64,000 nucleotides of DNA from Candidatus Poribacteria bacterium (GTDB taxonomy: Bacteria; Poribacteria; WGA-4E; WGA-3G). Position 1 is the first letter of the stretch; every line of letters begins with the position of its first letter. The position numbers and the translations under genes are program-made. The notes beneath the pieces are model-generated. The model was not told the origin of the DNA and ran no database searches. It saw only the letters and a list, made by a program, of their open reading frames with translations. The DNA is taken from positions 3,520,001 through 3,584,000 of the forward strand of contig OZ242029.1 in assembly GCA_965205015.1 (NCBI GenBank). Reading direction: 5' to 3'. Of this stretch, positions 1 through 9,249 are shown one piece after another.

Positions 1-681
1 TTTATCACCGCCCTTGATAAGCGGACAGGGGATGTCCTATGGAAGACTAACCGCAACGAAAGGACGACTTGGTTCTCACCGATTGTTGTTGAACAGGATG
101 GAAAACCGCAGGTGATTACAACAGGCACAAATCGCGTCCGTAGTTACGATTTGGAAACCGGTAAACTTTTATGGGAAGGCGACGGGTTGACTGCCAATGC
201 TATTCCTTCACCTGTCGCTGCGGATGGCTTCGCTTACCTTATGAGCGGCTTCCGGGGCAATGAATTGCAGGCAGTCCATCTGGCAAAAGCGATGGGGGAT
301 ATTAGCGGTTCGGCAGCAGTTGTTTGGGAACACCGTCGGGATACCCCTTATGTGCCATCACCGCTTCTCTATGAGAATACACTCTATTTCTTAAAAAAGA
401 ACGACGGTATCCTCTCCGCTTTCGATGCCAAGACGGGAAAGGCACACTACGGTCCGAAACGGCTACAGGGGGTTTCTGGTGTCTATGCTTCCATTGTTGC
501 CGCAGCGGATCACATCTACATCGCTGGACGGAACGGAACAGTGAACGTTGTCCAACACGGTCCTGAATTTACAATCGTAGCGGAAAATACGCTTGACGAT
601 AGTTTCAATGCATCCCCGGCGATTGTTGGTTCAGAGTTATATCTCCGCGGGGGTCAGTACCTCTACTGCATCGCAGAATAA
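1..681 (+). CDS. PQQ-binding-like beta-propeller repeat protein, 5'-truncated by window edge
   Basis: Frame open from base 1 (FITALDKRTGDVLWKTNR...); repeated AxDxxTGKxxW and SP motifs; ends LYCIAE. Confidence 0.85.
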   Translation, partial: FITALDKRTGDVLWKTNRNERTTWFSPIVVEQDGKPQVITTGTNRVRSYDLETGKLLWEGDGLTANAIPSPVAADGFAYLMSGFRGNELQAVHLAKAMGDISGSAAVVWEHRRDTPYVPSPLLYENTLYFLKKNDGILSAFDAKTGKAHYGPKRLQGVSGVYASIVAAADHIYIAGRNGTVNVVQHGPEFTIVAENTLDDSFNASPAIVGSELYLRGGQYLYCIAE

Positions 682-706
682 TCAGTTAATGGTGATTATA
701 AAAATA

Positions 707-761
707 TGTAGGGGCAGGTCTTGTGCCTGCCCCCTTGTAGAGACAGGTCTTGTGCCTGCCC
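707..761 (+). repeat. Tandem pair of GTAG-type REP-like hairpins
   Basis: TGTAGGGGCAGGTCTTGTGCCTGCCCC followed by TGTAGAGACAGGTCTTGTGCCTGCCC, between convergent genes; same family at 14423 and 14481. Confidence 0.8.
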
Positions 762-774
762 ACTACCATAATTA

Positions 775-1521
775 CTAATACGTTGCCCTTCCGCCGCTGA
801 CATCGTAACACTGCCCTGTTACAAAACTCGCCTCATCTGAGGCTAAGAAATTCACTACAGCGGCAACTTCCTCCGGTTTCCCGACGCGTCCCAACGGAAT
901 CTTGCTCACCATATAATCGACTGTCGATTGTGCCATGCCCTCCAAAATCGGTGTCTCGATCACCGCCGGAGATACAGCGTTGACGCGGATATTATAGTCT
1001 GTGACCTCCTTCGCGAGTGCTTTCGTCAGACAGATAACCCCTGCCTTAGACACCGAATACGGTATGAGTGTCGGATTGCCCTCCTTGCCGGCTATTGAGG
1101 CGATGTTCACAATCCTTCCGTAATCCTGTGCAATCATCGGACCGATCACTGCTTTACAGCAGAGAAAAACGCCGGTCAAGTTTACACCTATCACGGCATC
1201 CCAATCCGCTTCTTCCAAGTCAGTTAAGGGCAGGGTCCGCCCCGCAATACCGGCGTTGTTGACGAGAATGTCAACACGACCCAAGGTAGAAATCACCTTT
1301 TCCACGGCGGCATTGACCTCTGCGAAAACTGAAACATCTGCTGCAATAGGTAAGGCTTGGCGTCCAGTCGTTTCAATTTCCTCTGTTACTGCTTCAGCTG
1401 CTGCCATGTTTAAATCCATGATAGCGACATCTGCCCCTGCGTTTGCGAGTCTGATGGCAATCGCTTTGCCGATGCCCTGCCCCGCCCCTGTCACAATTGC
1501 AATTTTATCCGTTAGATTCAT
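775..1521 (-). CDS. Short-chain dehydrogenase/reductase (FabG-like)
   Basis: TGAGQGIG, NNAG and YSVSK motifs; start chosen at MNLTDKIAIV. Confidence 0.9.
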   Translation of the reverse strand: MNLTDKIAIVTGAGQGIGKAIAIRLANAGADVAIMDLNMAAAEAVTEEIETTGRQALPIAADVSVFAEVNAAVEKVISTLGRVDILVNNAGIAGRTLPLTDLEEADWDAVIGVNLTGVFLCCKAVIGPMIAQDYGRIVNIASIAGKEGNPTLIPYSVSKAGVICLTKALAKEVTDYNIRVNAVSPAVIETPILEGMAQSTVDYMVSKIPLGRVGKPEEVAAVVNFLASDEASFVTGQCYDVSGGRATY

Positions 1522-2074
1522 CAAAATTTCTCCCTTCCAAAAAATCATCTAATTCAATTCCGAACGCATCCGCTATCCGGTTGACATAACAAAAAAAGCC
1601 GACGACCTCCACAATAGCAAAGAGTGCCTCGTCCGTGAGTCCATAGTTACGGAGATGTTCCAAATCTGCCGGTGTAATCGTAGGTGCCGCTTTTGTCACC
1701 TTAACGGCAAATTCAAGGATTGCTTTCGTGGTTTCGTCAATATCAGCCGTCTGAAAATCCGTTACAATCTCTGAAATCTGTTCGTCTGTGAATTGTTCCC
1801 GCAACTCATCGGCGTGTGCTATGATTCAGTAGTGGCATTCGTTCACTTTCGATACAACGGTGGCGATCATTTCCCGTTGCATCCGACTCAACGGGGAGTC
1901 GGGGTCGTGCATCACGATTTTGTAAAGTTCCACGAAAGCACGCATACTTTTCGGTCGCACACTGAAAAGTTTGACGATATTGTAAAGTTGTCCCGCCCGT
2001 GCGATCGCCGCGTCGTATTCCGCTTTCACAATGCCGGTTGCATCTGCCGCATCTACGGTTTGAATCCATGCCAT
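1505..2074 (-). CDS. AhpD/carboxymuconolactone-decarboxylase-like peroxidase, probable selenoprotein (CxxU)
   Basis: ORFs 1826..2074 and 1505..1804 are in frame across TGA 1826-1828: ...REMIATVVSKVNECHY-U-IIAHADELREQF...VNRIADAFG; 189 aa when joined. Confidence 0.85.
1789..1808 (-). promoter_or_regulatory. Candidate bacterial SECIS hairpin
   Basis: mRNA UGAGUUG-CGGGAA-CAAUUCA; loop starts 24 nt after the UGA and has G at loop position 2. Confidence 0.6.
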
Positions 2075-2077
2075 ATT

Positions 2078-3307
2078 TTATTCTCCAATCACAACGCCGT
2101 ATTCACCAACGACTGCGCCTTTGTGTCCGGTTTGGTAGTGTAGGTGTCTTTCGCCAACAATCGGTTGTGTGCTTTGCACTTCGACAGTGCCGCGCACTTT
2201 CCCCATTGCCCCCTCATCCATATCTACACAGCAGAGGGGCTTAATCTGGCGATGCACTTGCCGCTGAATATGACCTTCTCGGTTGCGGACGATGACGTTA
2301 ACGAAGGCATCTGCTTCCCCGACGTTAAGGAATCGAAACCAGTCCCAGGCACCTCCCGCAATTTCAGGAAAAAAGAGCCGAATGCCAATCTGGCCGCCCT
2401 CCACCGATGCGCCGGGTAAATCGATAATGGCTGTCCCACTTTGCATGTGTCGTTCCGCGACAACCGGTTGGTTGCTGCGGACTTCTACGGAGGATTTCAC
2501 TTTAATGTCGTCCATGGGCGGTGTCCAACACTGAAAGGGTCTGAGTCCATCGAATTTTTTTGTCCATGTCGCTTGCGCATTGTCATCTTTCCGTGCGATC
2601 ATCGTTACTTCTGCCTCTTCTCTTCCGACGTTGACGATGACGACCCAATCTTCCCATGCGGGTCCGACCTCTGGAAAAAAGAGCGTGTGCGGCGCCTCCG
2701 CAATTACCTGTCCAAATTGCCCGACACTCGTTTTACCCCCTTGATAGTGGAGATGACGTTCTCCGACAATCGGTTGTGAACTTTGCATCTCAACGGTGCC
2801 TGTGACGTTACCCATGACACCTTCATTGAGATCCCAACAGCAGAGCGGTTTGATGACGTGGTGGCGTTGCCGTAGCACATCGCCATTCCTGTTTCGGACG
2901 GTGATGTTGACGTGCGCGTCTGCCTCACCGACGTTCAGAACCCGAAACCAGTCGTGAGCACCGGAGACCAGTTCGGGGAAAAAGAGCCGCTGTCCGACTG
3001 TCCCGTATTCTGGAGCCGCACCGACAAAATCCAACACGTTCGTGTCCTTGTGCATGTGTCGTTCTGCCACAATCGGCTGGTCCGCAGTGAATTGCATTGA
3101 GGAGTTCGTTTTAATCTCGTCAACGGGGGGGATCCAGGACTCAAAGGAACTTATTGTTTTCTCCGCAGACCACGTCGGTTGCCCGTTACCGGCATGCCTC
3201 GCGATTGCGGTCACTCGGGTGTCTTCGGTTCCCACATTTGTGACTTGGACCCAGTCTTGCCATTCGGGTCCCACTTCTGGAAAATAAAGGGTCGTCGCAC
3301 CTGCCAT
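2078..3307 (-). CDS. Uncharacterised four-repeat beta-rich protein (LFFPE...DW...NVG...QPIVxERH repeats; possibly DUF5719-like)
   Basis: Four ~100-aa repeats in ABAB order; DNA-level duplication offset 609 bp; no signal peptide; GGAGG-like RBS. Confidence 0.75.
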   Translation of the reverse strand: MAGATTLYFPEVGPEWQDWVQVTNVGTEDTRVTAIARHAGNGQPTWSAEKTISSFESWIPPVDEIKTNSSMQFTADQPIVAERHMHKDTNVLDFVGAAPEYGTVGQRLFFPELVSGAHDWFRVLNVGEADAHVNITVRNRNGDVLRQRHHVIKPLCCWDLNEGVMGNVTGTVEMQSSQPIVGERHLHYQGGKTSVGQFGQVIAEAPHTLFFPEVGPAWEDWVVIVNVGREEAEVTMIARKDDNAQATWTKKFDGLRPFQCWTPPMDDIKVKSSVEVRSNQPVVAERHMQSGTAIIDLPGASVEGGQIGIRLFFPEIAGGAWDWFRFLNVGEADAFVNVIVRNREGHIQRQVHRQIKPLCCVDMDEGAMGKVRGTVEVQSTQPIVGERHLHYQTGHKGAVVGEYGVVIGE

Positions 3308-3402
3308 TGTTCCCTCCTATTTAAAGTCTTTTCTGTTACGATACGCACTCACAAAGTATAATTTAAGAATCTCCTGTTGGAGATTACTGTTACTATTTTA
3401 AC

Positions 3403-3431
3403 TTGCATATATTTATCTTTTCCACTACAAT
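3403..3431 (+). promoter_or_regulatory. Sigma70-type promoter
   Basis: TTGCAT-N17-TACAAT upstream of the pterin dehydratase operon. Confidence 0.55.
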
Positions 3432-3522
3432 TTCGATCAATGCCATTTGGTTCGCACGCTTATGACGACCCATCACTAAATGGCACTCGCAATTCTACTA
3501 CACACCTTGAGGAGAATATTCT

Positions 3523-3810
3523 ATGGCAGCGAAGAAACTCTCAGACGCTGAAATCCAGGAAAACTTGGGGCAGCTCAACGGTTGGACCGTTGAAGACGGT
3601 AAGTTGCACAAGGAATTCCAGTTTGATACCTTTGTTACGGCGTTCGGTTTCATGGCACAACTCGCCTTAATCGCCGAATCCATGAACCATCACCCTGAAT
3701 GGTTCAATGTCTATAACCGTGTAACGATTGACCTTATGACCCACGATGCGGGTGGCATCAGTGAACTCGATTTTCAGTGGGCAAAGCACGCAGATTCGAT
3801 GAGCGGTTAA
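3523..3810 (+). CDS. phhB: Pterin-4-alpha-carbinolamine dehydratase
   Basis: NHHPEWFNVYNRV and THDAGG motifs; GAGGAG RBS. Confidence 0.9.
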   Translation: MAAKKLSDAEIQENLGQLNGWTVEDGKLHKEFQFDTFVTAFGFMAQLALIAESMNHHPEWFNVYNRVTIDLMTHDAGGISELDFQWAKHADSMSG

Positions 3811-3858
3811 ACCGATTTTCTATAGATGGAAATGACATAACCCGCACTGGAGAAATGC

Positions 3859-4806
3859 ATGGATACTACGAAAGTCTTGATTGGCAGTCGGCAAGCATCA
3901 GAAATTGAGGCGATGCTATCGGATGTTCCGCCAGGGGTTGCGGTGCGCTTTTTACCAGACGGTGAGTCTTTGCGTGACCACATCGCCGATGTTAATATTT
4001 TGTTTGGAGGCATTGGCGAAGATGTGATGCAAGCAGCAACGGCGTTACGTTGGGTGCATCAACCGCATGCAGGGGTTGAAGGATTTATGTATCCTGCTTT
4101 CAAGGCGAGCGATGTTACACTCACCAACTGCCGAGGCTTGTACGGCACACAGATTGCGGAGCATGCTTTTGCCTTGCTTTTATCCATTACCCGTCGGATT
4201 CCCGAGCAATTGGAATTTATGAAGACGAAGCATTGGGAACGTGTGCCCTGTGTTGAACTGGCGGGAATGACAATGGGCATCCTCGGGCTCGGTGGGATCG
4301 GACGGGCGATTGCGGCACGCGCACAGGCGTTTGAATTTAATGTCATTGCCGCTGATGTAGAGCCAATCGACAAACCCGATACCGTCTCAGAACTTTTTCG
4401 TTTGGATGGGTTGATGGCGTTTTTGGCGAAGTCCAACATCCTCATGGTATGCTGTCCGAGTACCCCTGAAACGCATAAACTCCTATCAGATGCGCAATTT
4501 AATCAGATGCCCGATGCGAGTTACCTCGTCAATGTCAGTCGTGGTAAGATTATTGACGAAACGGCGTTGGTAACCGCGCTTCAGAGCGGGAAATTAGCGG
4601 GAGTAGGACTGGACGTAACGTATACGGAACCGTGTCCCCCCGAAAACCCGCTATGGGAACAGCAGAATGTCATTCTGACCTCACACAGTGCGGGTTCCTC
4701 GCAGCACGTCCGGAGACGTGCCATGCAACTTTTTATAGACAACCTACACCGTTACGTAAAGGGTGAACCCTTAGTCAACGTCGTTGACAAGCAGAAGGGA
4801 TACTAA
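3859..4806 (+). CDS. D-2-hydroxyacid dehydrogenase
   Basis: GLGGIG Rossmann motif, NVSRG, LDVT.EP, TSH. Confidence 0.9.
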   Translation: MDTTKVLIGSRQASEIEAMLSDVPPGVAVRFLPDGESLRDHIADVNILFGGIGEDVMQAATALRWVHQPHAGVEGFMYPAFKASDVTLTNCRGLYGTQIAEHAFALLLSITRRIPEQLEFMKTKHWERVPCVELAGMTMGILGLGGIGRAIAARAQAFEFNVIAADVEPIDKPDTVSELFRLDGLMAFLAKSNILMVCCPSTPETHKLLSDAQFNQMPDASYLVNVSRGKIIDETALVTALQSGKLAGVGLDVTYTEPCPPENPLWEQQNVILTSHSAGSSQHVRRRAMQLFIDNLHRYVKGEPLVNVVDKQKGY

Positions 4807-4831
4807 ATCACAACATAGAAATGGAGAGAAA

Positions 4832-5905
4832 ATGAGTCAGAAAACGTATCGCGCCGCGGCAATCGGGCATACCGGTGCCGGCAACTTCGGACACGGACTC
4901 CACACCCCGTATAAAGAGATAGAGAACGTCGAATTTATCGCCGTCTCTGATCCGAACGAAGAGGGTAGGGAAAAGGCAGCCGCGGAGGCAGGGGCATCGC
5001 GGAGTTACGCCGATTATCGAGAGATGCTTGAGAAAGAGGATCTTGATATTGTGAGTGTCTGCCCGCGTTGGACCTCGGAGCACGTTGCTATGGTAACTGC
5101 GTGTCTTGAGGCAGGATGCAGCGTCTACAGTGAGAAACCGATGACGAGTACGCTCGCAGATGGTGATATAATTGTTGAGACGGCGAAGACACACGGATTA
5201 AAGGTTGCTGTGGCGCATCAGGCGGTATATCTCCCGGCGACACATGCGATCAAAGAGATGCTCGACGATGGGAAAATCGGCACCATCCAAGCGATCCATG
5301 CCAGCGGTAAGCAGGATCATCGCGGCGGGGGTGAGGATATGATTGTGCTCGGCACCCACATTTTTAACATGATGCGCTTCTTCGTCGGTGATGTCGCATG
5401 GATGCAGTCTCATGTCACAACGAACGGCAAGGAGATCGCATACGGAGACGACCACGAACCGACAGAACCTGTTGGGCCCGTCGCGGGGGATTCCATCAAC
5501 AGCTACTTCGCTTTTAAAAGTGGTGCCTCTGGCTTTTTTGAGTCCCGCAGAGACCAGGCTGGCTCCGGTCGATACGGCATGGAAATCGTCGGCAGCGAAG
5601 GTATTTTCTCACTCCGCGGTGATGTCGCCAACCGGCTCATGGTCTACCCGTATCCAGTGCTACTCCCTTCAAATCCGGATCAGGAGTGGGAGGCAATCGA
5701 CTTAGATCAAACACCTTTCTCCAGCGGTAATGAACTTGCGATTCGCGATCTGATTGATGCGATTGAGAACGACAGAAAACCGATTTCCGCGGCGGAAGAC
5801 GCTGTTGCCGCCTTGGAAATGATCTTGGGTGCCTACGAGTCTCAACTGTCAGGCGGACGCGTCCCCTTCCCCATTGCCAATCGTGAACACCCTTTGAGCA
5901 GATAA
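4832..5905 (+). CDS. Gfo/Idh/MocA family oxidoreductase
   Basis: SEKP motif, N-terminal NAD-binding fold; start at MSQKTY after GGAGAG. Confidence 0.9.
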   Translation: MSQKTYRAAAIGHTGAGNFGHGLHTPYKEIENVEFIAVSDPNEEGREKAAAEAGASRSYADYREMLEKEDLDIVSVCPRWTSEHVAMVTACLEAGCSVYSEKPMTSTLADGDIIVETAKTHGLKVAVAHQAVYLPATHAIKEMLDDGKIGTIQAIHASGKQDHRGGGEDMIVLGTHIFNMMRFFVGDVAWMQSHVTTNGKEIAYGDDHEPTEPVGPVAGDSINSYFAFKSGASGFFESRRDQAGSGRYGMEIVGSEGIFSLRGDVANRLMVYPYPVLLPSNPDQEWEAIDLDQTPFSSGNELAIRDLIDAIENDRKPISAAEDAVAALEMILGAYESQLSGGRVPFPIANREHPLSR

Positions 5906-5922
5906 TCCTACACCGCTTCGCT

Positions 5923-5943
5923 GGCGGGGTTGCAAACCCCGCC
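5923..5943. terminator. GC-rich hairpin between convergent genes (terminator or REP-like)
   Basis: GGCGGGGTT-GCA-AACCCCGCC. Confidence 0.55.
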
Positions 5944-5948
5944 CTTCC

Positions 5949-6665
5949 CTATACCGGTATTGTCTTCCGGACACCATTTTCATAACGTACCTGATAATCG
6001 GAATCTGGCACGTCCATTGCACGCACAGCAAGTTCGCCGAATGTAATGAGCGGTTCGGAAAGCAGGAGCAGTTCATCGAGCGATTCAGTCGGCGTCTTAT
6101 CGGTTGTGTCCAACACAATCTTACGTCCTTTTTGCGTAAACAGAGACCTGTCAATCTCTTCCTGAAAGAGGTGTTTAAGCGTTGGAATATCGGCTTCCTT
6201 GATAATCTGATATTCGTGTGGGTCTGTTGCCATCCGTTCCTTGATCGCCTCGTCGCTGGCAGTGACGTGGATCATCACGACATCTGGCAATCGTGCTTCA
6301 ATCACCTGTGTTTCATAGCCGCGTTGGGCATTAATGTGATACTTCGAGTAATATGAGCTTTCTGGATCATCGCCATAGAAGGACGAGTAAACCAGTTCCT
6401 CGATATGCCAGCCTGCGATCATCGTATTCGCATAATTTCTAATCACCTCTACGTGATACTGAAGTTGCATCCGCTGCATCCGTTCCTTCACGTCATCTGG
6501 GAAATTGACATACGCCGCCCTTGATTCAGGGCTGAGCGTCGAGTCGGGGATCGTGAAGTGATCATCAACGTGGACAGTCAGTTTCCGGTGCCGATAATAC
6601 TCGGTCATCAGGTCTACCAGGGTCGATTTTCCAGCGTATTCGATACCCACAAAAATACATCTCAT
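5949..6665 (-). CDS. P-loop nucleoside monophosphate kinase-like protein
   Basis: Walker A GIEYAGKST at N-terminus; LDTTDKTP C-terminal motif; start MRCIFVG after GAGGT. Confidence 0.7.
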   Translation of the reverse strand: MRCIFVGIEYAGKSTLVDLMTEYYRHRKLTVHVDDHFTIPDSTLSPESRAAYVNFPDDVKERMQRMQLQYHVEVIRNYANTMIAGWHIEELVYSSFYGDDPESSYYSKYHINAQRGYETQVIEARLPDVVMIHVTASDEAIKERMATDPHEYQIIKEADIPTLKHLFQEEIDRSLFTQKGRKIVLDTTDKTPTESLDELLLLSEPLITFGELAVRAMDVPDSDYQVRYENGVRKTIPV

Positions 6666-6784
6666 AAGAAAATACCTCGCTATTGGAATTGGGGGTGAAT
6701 GGTAACGTCCCACAGTTTATCTGCCCTTATGTTTATCACGAAAATAGAAAAATGTCAAATACCTATTCCAATTTTTCGGTCGTC

Positions 6785-6813
6785 TTGACAATGGGACATT
6801 TGCACGGTATAAT
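6785..6813 (+). promoter_or_regulatory. Consensus sigma70 promoter
   Basis: Perfect TTGACA-N17-TATAAT upstream of 6852. Confidence 0.75.
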
Positions 6814-6851
6814 AACTTTAATCTGAACGGTTTTAACACAAGGAGACACAG

Positions 6852-7154
6852 ATGGAAAAAAATCAGACCGTAGAAATCTACGATTCAGAATATGAGACAA
6901 CCTATACTGCCCACATCCAAAAAAACGGCGAGGGATGGGTAGGCTGGATACAGGAACACCCCAAGGTAAAGTGTGAGGACAGCACACAAGAAGCATTGCT
7001 GAAAACCCTTGAGAATACCCTTTATGAAACTTTAGAAGCCGACTGGGAAACTTGGGATAGACAGTTGGAAGAGGATGCTAAAACGGGTAAACTTGATAAA
7101 CTTGAAGGGAACGTCCTTGAGGATTTGAGGGCAGGTAGGTGCAAAGGTTTATAA
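6852..7154 (+). CDS. Putative antitoxin: HicB-like N-terminal domain plus WDRQxEED...GKLD antitoxin-type tail
   Basis: YTAHIQKNGEGWVGWIQEHP (HicB-like) and WDRQLEEDAKTGKLDKL...RAGRCKGL; AGGAG RBS. Confidence 0.6.
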   Translation: MEKNQTVEIYDSEYETTYTAHIQKNGEGWVGWIQEHPKVKCEDSTQEALLKTLENTLYETLEADWETWDRQLEEDAKTGKLDKLEGNVLEDLRAGRCKGL

Positions 7155-7199
7155 AACTAATTTGGCAAACACGATGAATACATACGGCGAATTCAGTGA
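7147..7199 (+). pseudogene. Deletion remnant of a RelE/ParE-like toxin gene
   Basis: 7164-7199 reads GKHDEYIRRIQ*, resembling the WIGxHDEY C-terminus of such toxins; the rest of the gene is missing. Confidence 0.5.
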
Positions 7200-7236
7200 C
7201 AGAAAGGTCGCTGGAATTATTTCATAAATAAACACT

Positions 7237-8229
7237 ATGCTAACAATCGACAACCTCAACATTCCAAATTTCCCACTGTTACTCGCACCGATGGAAGATG
7301 TGAGCGACCCGCCTTTTCGCGCCGTCTGCAAAGAGAACGGTGCCGATCTGATGTACACGGAATTTATCTCCTCTGAGGCACTTATCCGTGATGCCGCACC
7401 GAGTGTCGCAAAATTGGACATTTTTGAGGTGGAGAGACCCATCGGGATCCAAATTTTTGGGCACAACATCGATTCCATGCGCGCCTCTGTCGAAATTACT
7501 GAGAAGGTCCAACCCGACATCATTGACATTAACTATGGGTGTCCCGTTAAAAAGGTTACCTGTAAAGGGGCAGGTGCCGGTATCCTACAAGACATCCCCA
7601 AGATGGTAAAAATGACTGCCGAGATGGTGAAAGCCACGGATCTACCTGTAACCGTCAAAACACGACTCGGGTGGGACGATAAGACGAAGTACGTCGTTGA
7701 AGTCGCCGAGCGGTTGCAGGATGTGGGTATCCGAGCGATTGCTATCCACGGCAGGACCCGGCGACAGATGTATAAAGGGGAAGCCGATTGGACACTCATC
7801 GGTAGGATCAAAGACAACCCGCGCATGACGATCCCGGTCTTCGGAAACGGTGATGTTGATAGTCCACAAAAAGCCGCGCAAATGCGGCAACAATACGGCG
7901 TTGACGGTATCATGATCGGGCGCGCTGCGATCGGTTACCCCTGGATTTTTAACGAGATAAAACACTATTTCGCAACCGGCGAATTGCTTCCACCCCCTTC
8001 GATAGATGAACGGATTGCCGTTTTTAGGAAGCACCTCGATTTCTCGATCAAATGGAAAGGCTTAAAACTCGGTATCCTGGAGATGCGTCGACACTATAGC
8101 AACTATTTTAGGGGCATCCCGCACGTTAAGCCCTTTCGCTATCGTCTCGTCACATGTGATAGTTACGACGGTGTTTTAAGCATTGTATCGGAACTCCGAA
8201 TGCATGCCCTAACGTTAGGGTTCTCGTAA
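7237..8229 (+). CDS. dusB: tRNA-dihydrouridine synthase
   Basis: LAPME, DINYGCP, HGRT, GNGD, MIGR motifs. Confidence 0.92.
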   Translation: MLTIDNLNIPNFPLLLAPMEDVSDPPFRAVCKENGADLMYTEFISSEALIRDAAPSVAKLDIFEVERPIGIQIFGHNIDSMRASVEITEKVQPDIIDINYGCPVKKVTCKGAGAGILQDIPKMVKMTAEMVKATDLPVTVKTRLGWDDKTKYVVEVAERLQDVGIRAIAIHGRTRRQMYKGEADWTLIGRIKDNPRMTIPVFGNGDVDSPQKAAQMRQQYGVDGIMIGRAAIGYPWIFNEIKHYFATGELLPPPSIDERIAVFRKHLDFSIKWKGLKLGILEMRRHYSNYFRGIPHVKPFRYRLVTCDSYDGVLSIVSELRMHALTLGFS

Positions 8230-8283
8230 AAATAAGATGCAGAGGTCCTTCCTATACCGGATTCAGAGATACGCAAAAAACGC

Positions 8284-8312
8284 TTGACTTGAAAACCACA
8301 TAATATTATCAT
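8284..8312 (+). promoter_or_regulatory. Sigma70-type promoter of dapF-dapA
   Basis: TTGACT-N17-TATCAT. Confidence 0.55.
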
Positions 8313-8347
8313 AAACCAAACTATATCTCCGCAGTAAAGGACACGGA

Positions 8348-9172
8348 ATGGACAAAATACCCTTTATGAAACTCAGTGGTGCAGGTAACGACTTCGTCAT
8401 TATCAATAATTTGGCGGAAATCGTTGATAGCACCGATACAGATTTTGTGAAAAAACTTTGCCTACGCCGTATGTCGGTTGGGGCTGACGGTGTGCTCCTC
8501 GTCGAAAAGGCAGACGATGTCGACTTTCGCATGCGCTACTTCAATGCGGATGGCGGTGAAGTGGAAACGTGCGGGAACGGGGCGCGATGTATCTCTAAAT
8601 TCGCCTATCTGAACGGTCTCGCCTCTGAACAGATGCGATTTTTGACGAACGCTGGAATTTATGAATCCGAAATAGTCGGTCAGAACGTTAAAGTACGTAT
8701 GAGCGATCCTACGGACATACGACTCAATGTTCCGCTCCAATTGGCGGATGGAATGCACACAGTCGGATTCGCGAATAGCGGCGTGCCGCACGTTGTTTTC
8801 TTCGTTGAGGACTTGGAAGGAACGGATGTCTTTGATTTGGGACAGCAGACGCGGTATCACGACGATTTCAAACCCGCTGGCACGAACGCCAATTTTATCC
8901 GTGTTCAATCGCCAGGGTTGATTGATATCCGGACGTATGAGCGCGGCGTCGAAGATGAAACGCTTGCCTGTGGCACAGGGTCGATCGCTTCTGCTATTGT
9001 TGCTGCGACGGTAGGAAAGGTCGTATCCCCGGTTGCCGTCAAAACAGCGAGTGGGGTGGAATTGAAGATTCATTTCGATGTTGAGAACGGCGAAGCCCGA
9101 AACGTTTATCTTGAAGGCGATGCGCGTGTTATCTACGTCGGTGAACTCACAACAGACGCATGGAATTATTAA
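8348..9172 (+). CDS. dapF: Diaminopimelate epimerase
   Basis: GAGNDF, CGNGARC, ERGVEDETLACGTG. Confidence 0.95.
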   Translation: MDKIPFMKLSGAGNDFVIINNLAEIVDSTDTDFVKKLCLRRMSVGADGVLLVEKADDVDFRMRYFNADGGEVETCGNGARCISKFAYLNGLASEQMRFLTNAGIYESEIVGQNVKVRMSDPTDIRLNVPLQLADGMHTVGFANSGVPHVVFFVEDLEGTDVFDLGQQTRYHDDFKPAGTNANFIRVQSPGLIDIRTYERGVEDETLACGTGSIASAIVAATVGKVVSPVAVKTASGVELKIHFDVENGEARNVYLEGDARVIYVGELTTDAWNY

Positions 9173-9174
9173 AA

Positions 9175-9233
9175 GTAGCAGGTCACGCGGCGCAGCTTGC
9201 AAGCGCGTATTGCAAGTCCGTTGCGCCGTAGCC
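9175..9233 (+). repeat. GTAG-initiated long hairpin between dapF and dapA
   Basis: GCGGCGCA/TGCGCCGT outer stem and GCTTGCAA/TTGCAAGT inner stem, ending just before the dapA RBS. Confidence 0.5.
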
Positions 9234-9249
9234 AACAAGGAGGGTTTAC

